Positions 8,510 through 17,527 of a stretch of DNA of 64,000 nucleotides are shown one piece after another (within the stretch, counting starts at the first letter, position 1; every line of letters begins with the position of its first letter). The DNA is from Rebecca billardiae RCC1528 (lineage: Eukaryota; Protista; Haptophyta), in contig OZ251223.1 of NCBI GenBank assembly GCA_965240325.2, positions 2,418,001-2,482,000 of the forward strand, read 5' to 3'. The notes under the pieces are model-generated. The model made no database searches. It was not told the DNA's origin and was given only the letters and a program-made list of their open reading frames with translations. Both the position numbers and the translations under genes were made by a program.

Positions 8510-10906
8510 TCACGTCTGGGTCGAAGAGCCTTCAGGCGAGGCGCTGAGGCGGCGCTGCCACTCGGCGAGGCCGACCACGTGCACAGTGGCGTTACCAGCA
8601 CCATTGCCGCCGCCCTGTGCCGGAGACTGCCGCGTGCCCTCGTCGTCGGCGCTGGCAGAGGCACCGGCGGCGCGAGCGAGGGCGGCCTCCGACGGCCGCC
8701 ACGCCTCGAGCGGCTTGAGCGTCGCATACGCGCGCGCCGCGGACGTCGCGCCGCGCCAGGGCCCGCCCGCCTCGTGCACGCGCAGCCGTATCTGCCGCCA
8801 GTCGTCGTGCAGCTCTGGGTGCAGGTGGGGCAGCTGGATGCGCGTGAGGCGGCGCACCAGCCGCTGCTGCAGCGGGTGCGCCACCTCCGTCCACTCGATG
8901 CGCTCGAGCACGCACGCTGTCGGCTCGAACTCGGAGCGGCCGCCCGTGTGCGCGCGCCGGATGGCCTGCTGCCCGTCCTGCCCCATCGGCGTCCATGTGC
9001 CCGCGTACACCACCTCGGTCTCGCTGTAGCTGACGCGCACGACGCGGCCGATCACCGCGACGCGCCCCTTCATCCGCGTGCACTCGAGCGCGAGCCGCGA
9101 CGACACCGCCGCCTTGCCCAGCCAGCGGCCGCCGCCGAGCGCGTCGTACTGCACGTCGTCGGCGAGCAGCGCGCTCACGCGCACGTCGAGCGAGGCGTGC
9201 GAGCTCGCGCGGCCGCTCAGCGCGGGCGCGCCCCGCGCGGGCCGGTGCGCGTGGTGGTGGAAGTAGACAAAGTCGTGGTGCGTGAGCGGCGCGCCCACCA
9301 CTCGCTCGAGCGACTCGAGGGAGCCGTCCGCGCCCCACGTGGCGGCCTCGTGCACCTTGACGACCGAGCTGTCCGCCCACGCGTTCTCGTCCTGCGCGGC
9401 GATGGCGTAGCCAACGCTCGTGCCGCGCGGCGCGTCGGGCAGCCGCACCACCGGCTCCGCGCGCAGCACGCCCTTGCCCTCCGCGAGCGTGCGGCAGAAG
9501 CTCTCAATCTCAGCACCCACCTCGTCGCGCCCCTCGAGGGCGCGCTCGCTCGTCACGCCGCCCGGCTGCACGCTGGTGACGCGCAGCCGCACGCCCTCGG
9601 CGAGCACGTCGGCGTACGACGCGGCCTTGCCCGCGTGCAGCATGCGCACCAGCGCGGCGTGGAGCGCCTCCCACGTCGTCGTGGGCACCGCGGGAGCGCG
9701 CCCATCTGGCGAGGCGCGCAGCTCGCGCAGTGAAGCGCGCAGCTCGGCGGGGCTCGCGCCGCCGAGCCGCTCCGTCTGGCTCCCGGCACGCCGCCCGGCG
9801 CTCTGGGCACGCCGGGCGCGGGCGTGCCCGCCGGGCGCCGCGCGCGATGAGCGCGCGTCGAGCAGCCTGTCCGAGAAGGACAGCGCGCGCACCACCTCCT
9901 GGCGCCTCGCTTTGCGATCGGCGTCGGGTTCCGCGTCGGACGAGGGCGGGGCCGGCTGCGCGCCGCCGCCGTTCGGCGTGCTGCGTGCGCCGTCGTCGGC
10001 GCGTTCGGCCGCGCCCTGCGCCGCAGGCTGGAAAGAGACGATCGCGTGCGTGATGGCGCGCACGGCCGTGCGCTCGTCGTTCCAGCACAGCGTCTCCTGC
10101 AGCACCGTCTGGCCGTCAGCCGCGCGCGGCGCGCCGGCGCGCGCCGCGCCGGGTGGCACAAAGCGGCCGCTGATCGTGACCTGCGACGCATTGGGCGAGA
10201 GCTCGATGCCGTCGGTGATGTGGCGCACGCGACCGCGCATGCGCACCGCGAGCTTGCCCAGCTCCTCGCCCACCGCGCTCTTGCCGCGCACCACCCGCCC
10301 GCCCGCGGTGAAGAGCTGCACGTCCGGGTGCAGGCGGTCGAGCACACCCACCCACTTGTCGCCGTCGGCGAGCGTGTTCACCCACTCGCGGTGCGTGGGC
10401 GGCGCCGGGTCGACGCGGACGATGCGCTCGATCAGCCCCTTCTCGCTCCACGAGATACGCTCCGCCACTCGGAACGGCTCGCGGCGCCCCTTGGCGCGGG
10501 GCGCGCTGCGGAAGGTTGTCTTTGTCTCGCCGAGCGCCGTCAGCGACACGGACTCGATGTGCGCGATGCGCCCAGCGTGCACGCGCTCCGCGACCGTGCG
10601 CAGCTTCTCAAGCACGCTGTCACGCCCTCGCACCAGCTCGTGGTGCGCGCGCGGCGCGCCGGGGCCTGCGCGCTGCTCGAGCACCACGTCGAGCGTCAGC
10701 AGCCGCTTGATGTCCACAAACTTGGCGCGGTCGCAGAGGTGGACGAAGATCTCGTGCTGGCTCGCGACGTTGTACACGCGCCCTTTCGCGTCCACCCGCT
10801 CGCCGCGCCGCACACTCGCGCCATCGTCCTCGGCCGGCAGGCCCGCAACATCCGGCTCCGATGCGTCGCCAGAACCATCATCGCGCGGCGCGTCGTCAGC
10901 CGCCAT
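8510..10906 (-). CDS. Protein with four tandem SnoaL/NTF2-like repeats
   Basis: 798-aa ORF with four 'L..DV......GR/K..V...L' units: LLTLDVVLEQ..VRGRDSV; LHPDVQLF..VRGKSAV; LAEGVRLR..LEGRDEV; LADDVQYD..LGKAAV. Confidence 0.55.
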   Translation of the reverse strand: MAADDAPRDDGSGDASEPDVAGLPAEDDGASVRRGERVDAKGRVYNVASQHEIFVHLCDRAKFVDIKRLLTLDVVLEQRAGPGAPRAHHELVRGRDSVLEKLRTVAERVHAGRIAHIESVSLTALGETKTTFRSAPRAKGRREPFRVAERISWSEKGLIERIVRVDPAPPTHREWVNTLADGDKWVGVLDRLHPDVQLFTAGGRVVRGKSAVGEELGKLAVRMRGRVRHITDGIELSPNASQVTISGRFVPPGAARAGAPRAADGQTVLQETLCWNDERTAVRAITHAIVSFQPAAQGAAERADDGARSTPNGGGAQPAPPSSDAEPDADRKARRQEVVRALSFSDRLLDARSSRAAPGGHARARRAQSAGRRAGSQTERLGGASPAELRASLRELRASPDGRAPAVPTTTWEALHAALVRMLHAGKAASYADVLAEGVRLRVTSVQPGGVTSERALEGRDEVGAEIESFCRTLAEGKGVLRAEPVVRLPDAPRGTSVGYAIAAQDENAWADSSVVKVHEAATWGADGSLESLERVVGAPLTHHDFVYFHHHAHRPARGAPALSGRASSHASLDVRVSALLADDVQYDALGGGRWLGKAAVSSRLALECTRMKGRVAVIGRVVRVSYSETEVVYAGTWTPMGQDGQQAIRRAHTGGRSEFEPTACVLERIEWTEVAHPLQQRLVRRLTRIQLPHLHPELHDDWRQIRLRVHEAGGPWRGATSAARAYATLKPLEAWRPSEAALARAAGASASADDEGTRQSPAQGGGNGAGNATVHVVGLAEWQRRLSASPEGSSTQT

Positions 10907-11291
10907 CGCTGCTGCTTCGCCGCGATAACGGCGCAGTCCGGTGCTTTCACGATGAATAAAAAGGCGCGGAGAATTGAGCAGATCGAATTACCAAATTGGC
11001 CCGCCGAGAAATGCCAGCCATGGACAGCTCAAGGCGCGAATCCGAAGCTAAAAACAGTAACTACCCCATTATAATAAGCTAACTACGACTGACTATCTCG
11101 CCTACCTGAGCTGTGTGCGTCTGGAGCGGGCATTGCTCTGCCACCAACGCCGACTTGTCGACGATCGCGGGTGCTGCTGCCGACGAATCAGGAGACCAGC
11201 GCCGTCATGACTGTCGTCCCATTAAATCATGGACTCAGTCATCGCCGTCTCAAAGTCAAAGTGTCTGTACCATGCTGCGTACTGTCAAGGC

Positions 11292-12644
11292 TCAGGCGGT
11301 GGCAGATCGGACGGCCTCGCCGGCGATGATGTCGTCCAGCTCACCGTCGTCGATCATACGCCCGAGCGCCTCATCAGTGACGCATGCAGTGTCGCAAAAC
11401 GTCTCCCACGGGATCCCCGCCGCCAGCGCAGGGATGAGACTGGTCGCACTCCGCGTGTCGGCATCAGCGTCGGCGTCACCATCGCCGTTGGGGAAGCGAG
11501 CCAGCATGGAGCAGGGGCCAGCGGCACGCGGCGCCGCTGCGCGTGCCTCGCCTTGCCGCGCATGCTCGCGTGGCGGAGACGGCATAGTCTCCTGTGGCAG
11601 GGCGGCGCATGGCTTCTCTGAAGCCGTCGCACCGCCGCACCACTCTGCGTCGGCTGTCCGTGCGCGCGGCCTGCCTGAAGGCGGCAGGGGCTTGAGGCGC
11701 ACGGAGGTCCACACCGTGCGGCCCCGCTGCTGCACCACCATGCGGCCGTCGAGCGCGTACTCCTTCGCCTCGCCACCGTGATGGAGGCGAATGGTCGCAT
11801 CGGCCCGTGCGTGCCCGTGCTGTGCCACCTCCGTGGGGACGAAACCCGTCGAATCCAGCGAGATCTGCTGCCACATGCTGCTGATCACTCCGCTCAGCAC
11901 GCGCGCATTGCGCGGCGTGCGCGTGAGCTCGTTGACCAACTCGAATCCGCTCGGAGGTGGCTGGACGCCAACCGTGTCGGCGGCCGGTGTGTCATGCCAC
12001 GTCGTGGGTTGCACCACGATCCGATTGCGCCCGTGCTCGAAGCACCGCGTGATCACCAGCCCGCCGTCCACGTGCCACTCCTGCAGGAACTGCGGGATGC
12101 CAATCGATGCTGGCATGGTCTGCGCTCTGCCGCGCGACTCCGCGCCGACCGCCTCGGCGTGCAGCGCCTCACTGGGCTCGACGGCGTGCCGTTGGGCTAC
12201 GCTGGCAGCGAGAGCCATCGAGCGCCTGTCGCGCGTGCCGCGCGCGCTGAGGATGAGCTGTCGCAGCACCGCGAGCTGGGCGGGGCGATAGCTACGGAGT
12301 GAGTCCAGCACGCTGCCGACAAGCGGGACGACGCGCAGCCGGAAGAGCGAGGCGGGTACGACGACAGGGTGCGTGTGGCTGGTCGTAGGAGCGGCGTGGC
12401 TCCCACGCTCGTCGTGCGTCGCACTGCCCTCTGTAAGCAGGGTGCACATGGCCGGGGCCAGCCACGCGGGTGACGCGGCGTTGCTCCGCCGGTGGGCCGA
12501 TACCTGAGCGCTGCATCGCAGCCCGCGCGCACGACAACGTGAACAGGTCGCTGGACAGGTCGATGAAGGGCCTGTGGGGCGGTCACAGCGCAGCTTTGCG
12601 CGTTGGCACTCCCAGCATGCGCTCGCATGCGCGGGCTTGCACAT
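11292..12644 (-). CDS. Zn(II)2Cys6 binuclear-cluster transcription factor
   Basis: N-terminal ACWECQRAKLRCDRPTGPSSTCPATCSRCRARGLRC fits C-x2-C-x6-C-xn-C-x2-C-x6-C. Confidence 0.8.
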   Translation of the reverse strand: MCKPAHASACWECQRAKLRCDRPTGPSSTCPATCSRCRARGLRCSAQVSAHRRSNAASPAWLAPAMCTLLTEGSATHDERGSHAAPTTSHTHPVVVPASLFRLRVVPLVGSVLDSLRSYRPAQLAVLRQLILSARGTRDRRSMALAASVAQRHAVEPSEALHAEAVGAESRGRAQTMPASIGIPQFLQEWHVDGGLVITRCFEHGRNRIVVQPTTWHDTPAADTVGVQPPPSGFELVNELTRTPRNARVLSGVISSMWQQISLDSTGFVPTEVAQHGHARADATIRLHHGGEAKEYALDGRMVVQQRGRTVWTSVRLKPLPPSGRPRARTADAEWCGGATASEKPCAALPQETMPSPPREHARQGEARAAAPRAAGPCSMLARFPNGDGDADADADTRSATSLIPALAAGIPWETFCDTACVTDEALGRMIDDGELDDIIAGEAVRSATA

Positions 12645-12824
12645 CAGTGCCGGCCGGGGGTGGCGGCCGGAAGCACAGTCTGCGTTCTTGATCGGTCGGT
12701 GTTTTTGACTTTTTTCGGGCCGAGGAATCCACCGCGACGACGACGTCCCACGGACGTCGGACGGTGCCCGTGCCAAAATGACCATATCAAATGCCCAAAT
12801 TTGAAGGCGGCGTCAACGGCAGCC

Positions 12825-14420
12825 ATGGACGCGCGGCAGGTGCAAGGCACAGCGACGCTGCAGCTGGGGCAGTTCGCAACCGAGTACACAATCACCGCAC
12901 TCGCGAGCGAGCTCGTGCCTCTCATCTCGGCCGCGATCGCCGACGAGCTCAAGCGGCACATCACCGCCTCCCTGCAGCCGATCCGCGACGACATCCGCGC
13001 GCTCGCGATGCAGGCGCGCCCAGCGGCGGGTGGTGCAGGCGGCGAGGTGGGGGCCGGCGGTGACGGGCGATCCATCGTGTTCATCTGCGACCCCACCGTC
13101 AGCGCACCCACGTACGAGTCCGTCGGCCCCGCGCCCACGCCAGCCGCGCGGCAGGTGCCGGAGGACCAAGCGCCACAGCCCCGTTGGGCCACGCCGGCGC
13201 CCACGGAGCCCGAGCGGGGCCCTGAGAGTGCGGCGGCGGCGGAGCCCCCGAGCGCGCACCGTGCGACGCTCTCGGCCGCACCGCCGGCCCCAGCTTCCCA
13301 GCGCATCCCGCCGCCACCGGCGACCGACGCGCGACCCGCGTCCTCGGCAGACCGGGCGGCGACGGACGCTGCGGCATCTCCTCGGATGCCGAGTGATCGG
13401 CCCATCCCAGTGATGCGCGTTCCTACTCCTCGCGAGCGGCCTCTGCCCGGGCCGCCGCGCGCGGCAGATCTCGGCCCCGAGGTGCAGCCGCTGGGCGAGC
13501 TCGCTACCTGCTCGGTGCGGCCGCGCGCGCGCGTGCGCGTGCGCCGATGCCGCGATGCCCTCTCGTAGGCATCCCAGGCCCATTGCGCCGCCCTCACCGC
13601 CGCCACATCTCCCGTCCACCTGGGCGCGGCGCGGCCGCAGGTGTGCGGCCGGCAGTTCGCGGCGGCGCGGCTCGCGCGGCACGAGGCCATCTGCGCCAAG
13701 TCGCACGCCAAGAAGAAGCCCGCCGACAGCGAGGAGCGGGGTGCCTCGCTCTCAGGCGCGAAGGACGTCGAGAACGAACGCGCCACGCCCTCGCCGCCGC
13801 CTGCCAGGCCACGGGTGCGCACTACGGGATGCGCGTGCGCACGCCCGGGCGTTCTGGGTGGACGCCCGTGCGTGGCTGCCTCTTCACATGCCGCGCGGCC
13901 GCCCTGCGCGCACCATGCCCCTCGTGACGCCGCTCCCCACCGCCGCGCGCACTCCCTTCCCTGTCGTGCGCCCCGCTCGGCCCCGCAGCCAGCCGCCAGC
14001 GCGCTGGGCGGGCCGCGGGGCGGAGATATGGAGCGCGTGCCTTGCCCGCACTGCGGCCGCAAGTTTGGCCCTGAAGCGGCCGAGCGCCACATCCCGATCT
14101 GTGAGCGCAACGCGGACAAGGCTCGCATCCGCGAGCTGACTAAGGAGGCGTCGTTCGCGCCGCCCGAGCGCCCGGGCGCGCACGGCGCAGCCCGAGGCAA
14201 GAGGCGACCCACATCGCTGGCGGGCGCGCAGCAACCGAGGCGCGCGCAGTCGGCCGGGCGACAGCGACTGTCTTCAACGACGTCGAACGTGCCAGGACAG
14301 TTCGATGCCTCGGCCTCGTCGATGGCCTCGTCGACAAGCGGCACGCACCATCACCGCATGCGCGCATCGATGGGCGGAGGAGCGTCTGCATTGCGCCCGC
14401 ACCATGCTGAGTATGAGTAA
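12825..14420 (+). CDS. C2HC zinc-finger protein (ZC2HC1-like), spliced
   Basis: GT-AG intron 13515-13640 joins TCS|VCGRQFAAARLARHEAIC. Second finger PCPHCGRKFGPEAAERHIPIC. Probable in-frame intron 13815-13988. Confidence 0.8.
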
Positions 14421-14488
14421 CTGAGTCCATTAGGGCCGTGCGCCCTCAACTTCGTTGTTCACTACCCGAAGATCGGCGTAGCCGCGAT

Positions 14489-14489
<1 letters not shown>

Positions 14490-14522
<33 letters not shown>

Positions 14523-14570
14523 ATGCTGAACTATATATAGTTCAGCATCAATATATATATATATATATAA
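14490..14570. repeat. Interrupted (TA)n microsatellite around an inverted repeat
   Basis: TA runs flank TTGATGCTGAACTATATATAGTTCAGCATCAA, which is itself a palindrome. Confidence 0.85.
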
Positions 14571-14793
14571 ATTATTATGGGCGGCGCGCAGATGCAGGGA
14601 TGATTAATGCTGCATGCTGTCTGCTGACGATTCATTAATATGATTATGAAGCGGCCACTACGCCGTACTCGTCGACTCGCTACTCGTGAGTCTCGTCAGT
14701 CTCGACGAGCCGGACTACGACGCGAGACTCAAGACTACGTCCTCTGCTGAGTGCTACCGTGTCCAGCTGTCGTCATCGGAGTCGTCATCATCA

Positions 14794-17142
14794 TCATTGC
14801 ACCTGCCATGAGAAGGCAGGCAGCGCACGGAAGAGCGCCGTCCGCACGAGCTCGTTGAACTCGTTGAACGCGTCGAGCCCGTCGCCGCCCCAGTAGCCGT
14901 GGATGAGCGAGTCGATCATGCGCTTGTCCTCCTCGACGGACGCGTGCGCGTCGCGCGCGTCGAAGCGCGCGAGCACCGACTCGACCACCCGACGGTCGGC
15001 CTGCAGCGCGCGCAGGAACATGGCGCGCTCGGCGCGGTCCATCGTGATGTGCAGCTCGACGTCGTCGTACAGCTGCGAGCTCGCAATCTCGAAGAGGCAC
15101 CACGCGCGCGTGAGGGCGAGCGGGCTGTGCCACGGGTCGAGCACGATCACCGTGCGCCCGATGTACGCCTGGATGTCGCCGATCGCCTTCACGTCGCTCG
15201 CGACGTCCGACTGGCGCAGGCTGAGCACGTCGAGCCAGACGTACACGTCCGAGAGGCGCACCGAGTGCATCTCGGCGTGGAGGTCGATGGCGTCGAGCAG
15301 CTTGGCCCACGCGCACTGCTGCGCGTGGCTGACAAAGATGGTCGCCTCCGCGACGGCGGGGGAGCCATCGTCCGCGAGCGCGCCCGAATGCAGCTGCGCA
15401 AACGATGTGCCCGCCTCCGCGGTGAGCGCGCGCACGACCTTGCCCACCTCGTGCGTGCTCGTCGCCGAGGTGATGCCGTGCTCGGCGGCGAATGCGCCGA
15501 GGAAGCGGCGCGAGACGCCGAGCACGAGGGGCACCGCCTCGCCGCTGGAGGAGAGCGCGACGGGCGCGGTCCTGCGCGAGCGCGGCGGCGACGGCTGCTG
15601 CGGGGCCACCCTGGCCTCCGAACGGAACGACTGGCGCAGCGAGCGCGAGTCCTGCGCCGACAGCGGCGGCGGCAAGGTGTCCGATTGGAACGACGGGCGC
15701 ACCGAGCGCGAGTTCTCCGAGAGGCGCGGCGGCGTGGCTGGATGCGCCGAATGGCTGTCGTCCGCAGTGGCGCCGCACGCGCGCCGGACGAGCCGCCATG
15801 TCCGCCGGCGCAGCCAGTGCAGCGGCAGCTTGGGCACGCGTGTCGAGACCGGGTGCAGCGCGTAGGTCTGCACGTACCCCGTGCCGTTCAGCGCCACGAC
15901 GTACAGCAAAGTCGCGACCATCAGCACGTACGGCCAGTGGAGTGCCGGCAGCAGAAGGGCGGCGAGGAGAACTGAGGCGACGGACGCGCCAATCACCTGG
16001 CGCATCCGGCGGCGCAGCCGCATGCCGACGCCGACGGGGAGGCGCTGCGTCGATCGGCTGCCGCTGAGGCTGCGCACGAGCGCGTAGCTGGGCACCAGCA
16101 TCAGCAGCGGGCACACGAGGAGCACGCCGATGTCCCTCAGCCGCTCCGTCGTGTCGTCGTGCCACGCGTACAGGGCCGCGCCCGCGCACACGGTGGCGGC
16201 CAGCACGGCGGTCGCAAAGATGAGCGAGGGCTGGCGCATCGCGGGCCGCAGCTGCAGGCTGGCGAGGCCGCCGGTGTCGAGCGCGCTGCCGAGGTACACG
16301 AGGAAGAGCGCGCTCCCGAGCAGCCCGAGAGCCGCCTGCAGCGTGAGCAGCAGCGCGGCAGACTCCACGTCCAGCGTGCCGCGCGACCACAGCGGGTCGA
16401 CCACGCCCAGCGCCACGCGCACGAGGCCGGCGAGGATCTGCACGAGCATCATCACGTGCGCGATGTTGGCGCGGAGCCCGCCGTCCTCGCGAACGAAGGC
16501 GTACAGGTGGCAAGCGGCAAGCTCAACCAGCTCGAGCGAGTTGAGCGCGACCAGCGCCTGCCATGCGACGAGCGCGGGGGAGGAGCGCATGCGGTCCCAC
16601 CGCGTGGCCGAAGGCCGGACTCGGGCGTGCACGCGCGCGCCGGCGCGGAGGGAGGCGAGCAGGCCCTCGCCGGCGCGTTGCGTGATCTCGGCGGCCACGC
16701 CTGCGCTCGACTCCCTGCTGTCCCCGAGCACCCAGCACATCTTGCACCGGCCCGGTGTGGCGCCGAGCGCGACCGAGTCGTCCAGCCACGCGAGCCATGC
16801 GACTGCACCCTCGCGTGCGGCGCCGCGAGAGTGCATCTCGGCGCTGCACCGGCCCAGGTCGGGCTGGTCGTGCACAACAATGCGTCCGTGTAGCGACGCA
16901 TTATTGACTGCTGCGCTCGCCTCGCGCAGCGCGGGCGGGCACGCCGAATAGTCCCACGCGCTGCGCGCGGTCAGCACGAGCTGCGCGTCCACGTCAAACG
17001 CCACGGGAGCAAACGCGTACGCGCCAGCGAGCAGTCGCAGGCCGGCGAGCTCGGGCGGGGCAGTCACCACGAGGTCACCGGCGACACGGCTGACGAGCGC
17101 CGGCAGCACCACGGCCGCGCCGAGGATCCGTCGTCGCGGCAT
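14794..17142 (-). CDS. Receptor-like protein: signal peptide + PA domain + 7 TM helices + cytosolic HET/TIR-like domain
   Basis: 782-aa intronless ORF. PA motif LHGRIVV...GRCS.E.....A.EGAVA; seven hydrophobic segments at about 16580-15860; C-terminal FVSHA..WLDVLSLRQ..VLDPWHSP..LTRAWCLFE..A.AS.EED...I. Confidence 0.7.
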   Translation of the reverse strand: MPRRRILGAAVVLPALVSRVAGDLVVTAPPELAGLRLLAGAYAFAPVAFDVDAQLVLTARSAWDYSACPPALREASAAVNNASLHGRIVVHDQPDLGRCSAEMHSRGAAREGAVAWLAWLDDSVALGATPGRCKMCWVLGDSRESSAGVAAEITQRAGEGLLASLRAGARVHARVRPSATRWDRMRSSPALVAWQALVALNSLELVELAACHLYAFVREDGGLRANIAHVMMLVQILAGLVRVALGVVDPLWSRGTLDVESAALLLTLQAALGLLGSALFLVYLGSALDTGGLASLQLRPAMRQPSLIFATAVLAATVCAGAALYAWHDDTTERLRDIGVLLVCPLLMLVPSYALVRSLSGSRSTQRLPVGVGMRLRRRMRQVIGASVASVLLAALLLPALHWPYVLMVATLLYVVALNGTGYVQTYALHPVSTRVPKLPLHWLRRRTWRLVRRACGATADDSHSAHPATPPRLSENSRSVRPSFQSDTLPPPLSAQDSRSLRQSFRSEARVAPQQPSPPRSRRTAPVALSSSGEAVPLVLGVSRRFLGAFAAEHGITSATSTHEVGKVVRALTAEAGTSFAQLHSGALADDGSPAVAEATIFVSHAQQCAWAKLLDAIDLHAEMHSVRLSDVYVWLDVLSLRQSDVASDVKAIGDIQAYIGRTVIVLDPWHSPLALTRAWCLFEIASSQLYDDVELHITMDRAERAMFLRALQADRRVVESVLARFDARDAHASVEEDKRMIDSLIHGYWGGDGLDAFNEFNELVRTALFRALPAFSWQVQ

Positions 17143-17401
17143 GGAGGCCCTCGCGCCACCCCTGGTGACCGCTCCAGCTGGTCAAGTGGCAGGCGCAGCG
17201 CCACGAGCTCGTCGGCCGTGCGCTCCGCCGTCGTGGGCGAGAGCGGCGGGCTCTGCGCGTCGCCCACCTCGCCCTCCGAGGTCCTTGGTGAATCTTGGTG
17301 GGTCGACCACTGAGTTACCAGTAAAGAAACGGTTCAAGCCGATTGGTTGCGCCTGTTGGTTCATTTAGCTAACACCTTGTCTCATATCTGTAAGGTGCAA
17401 A

Positions 17402-17527
17402 ACGACCTTACTGTACCTCAATACTGTACCTGCTCGCTTACAGTCATGAACAGTTTACTCCCTACGACCTTACTGTACCTCAATACTGTACCTGCTCGCT
17501 TACAGTCATGAACAGTTTACTCCCTAC
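17402..17527. repeat. 62-bp exact tandem duplication at the 5' break of the LINE-like remnant
   Basis: ACGACCTTACTGTACCTCAATACTG...TTTACTCCCT occurs at 17402 and 17464. Confidence 0.9.
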
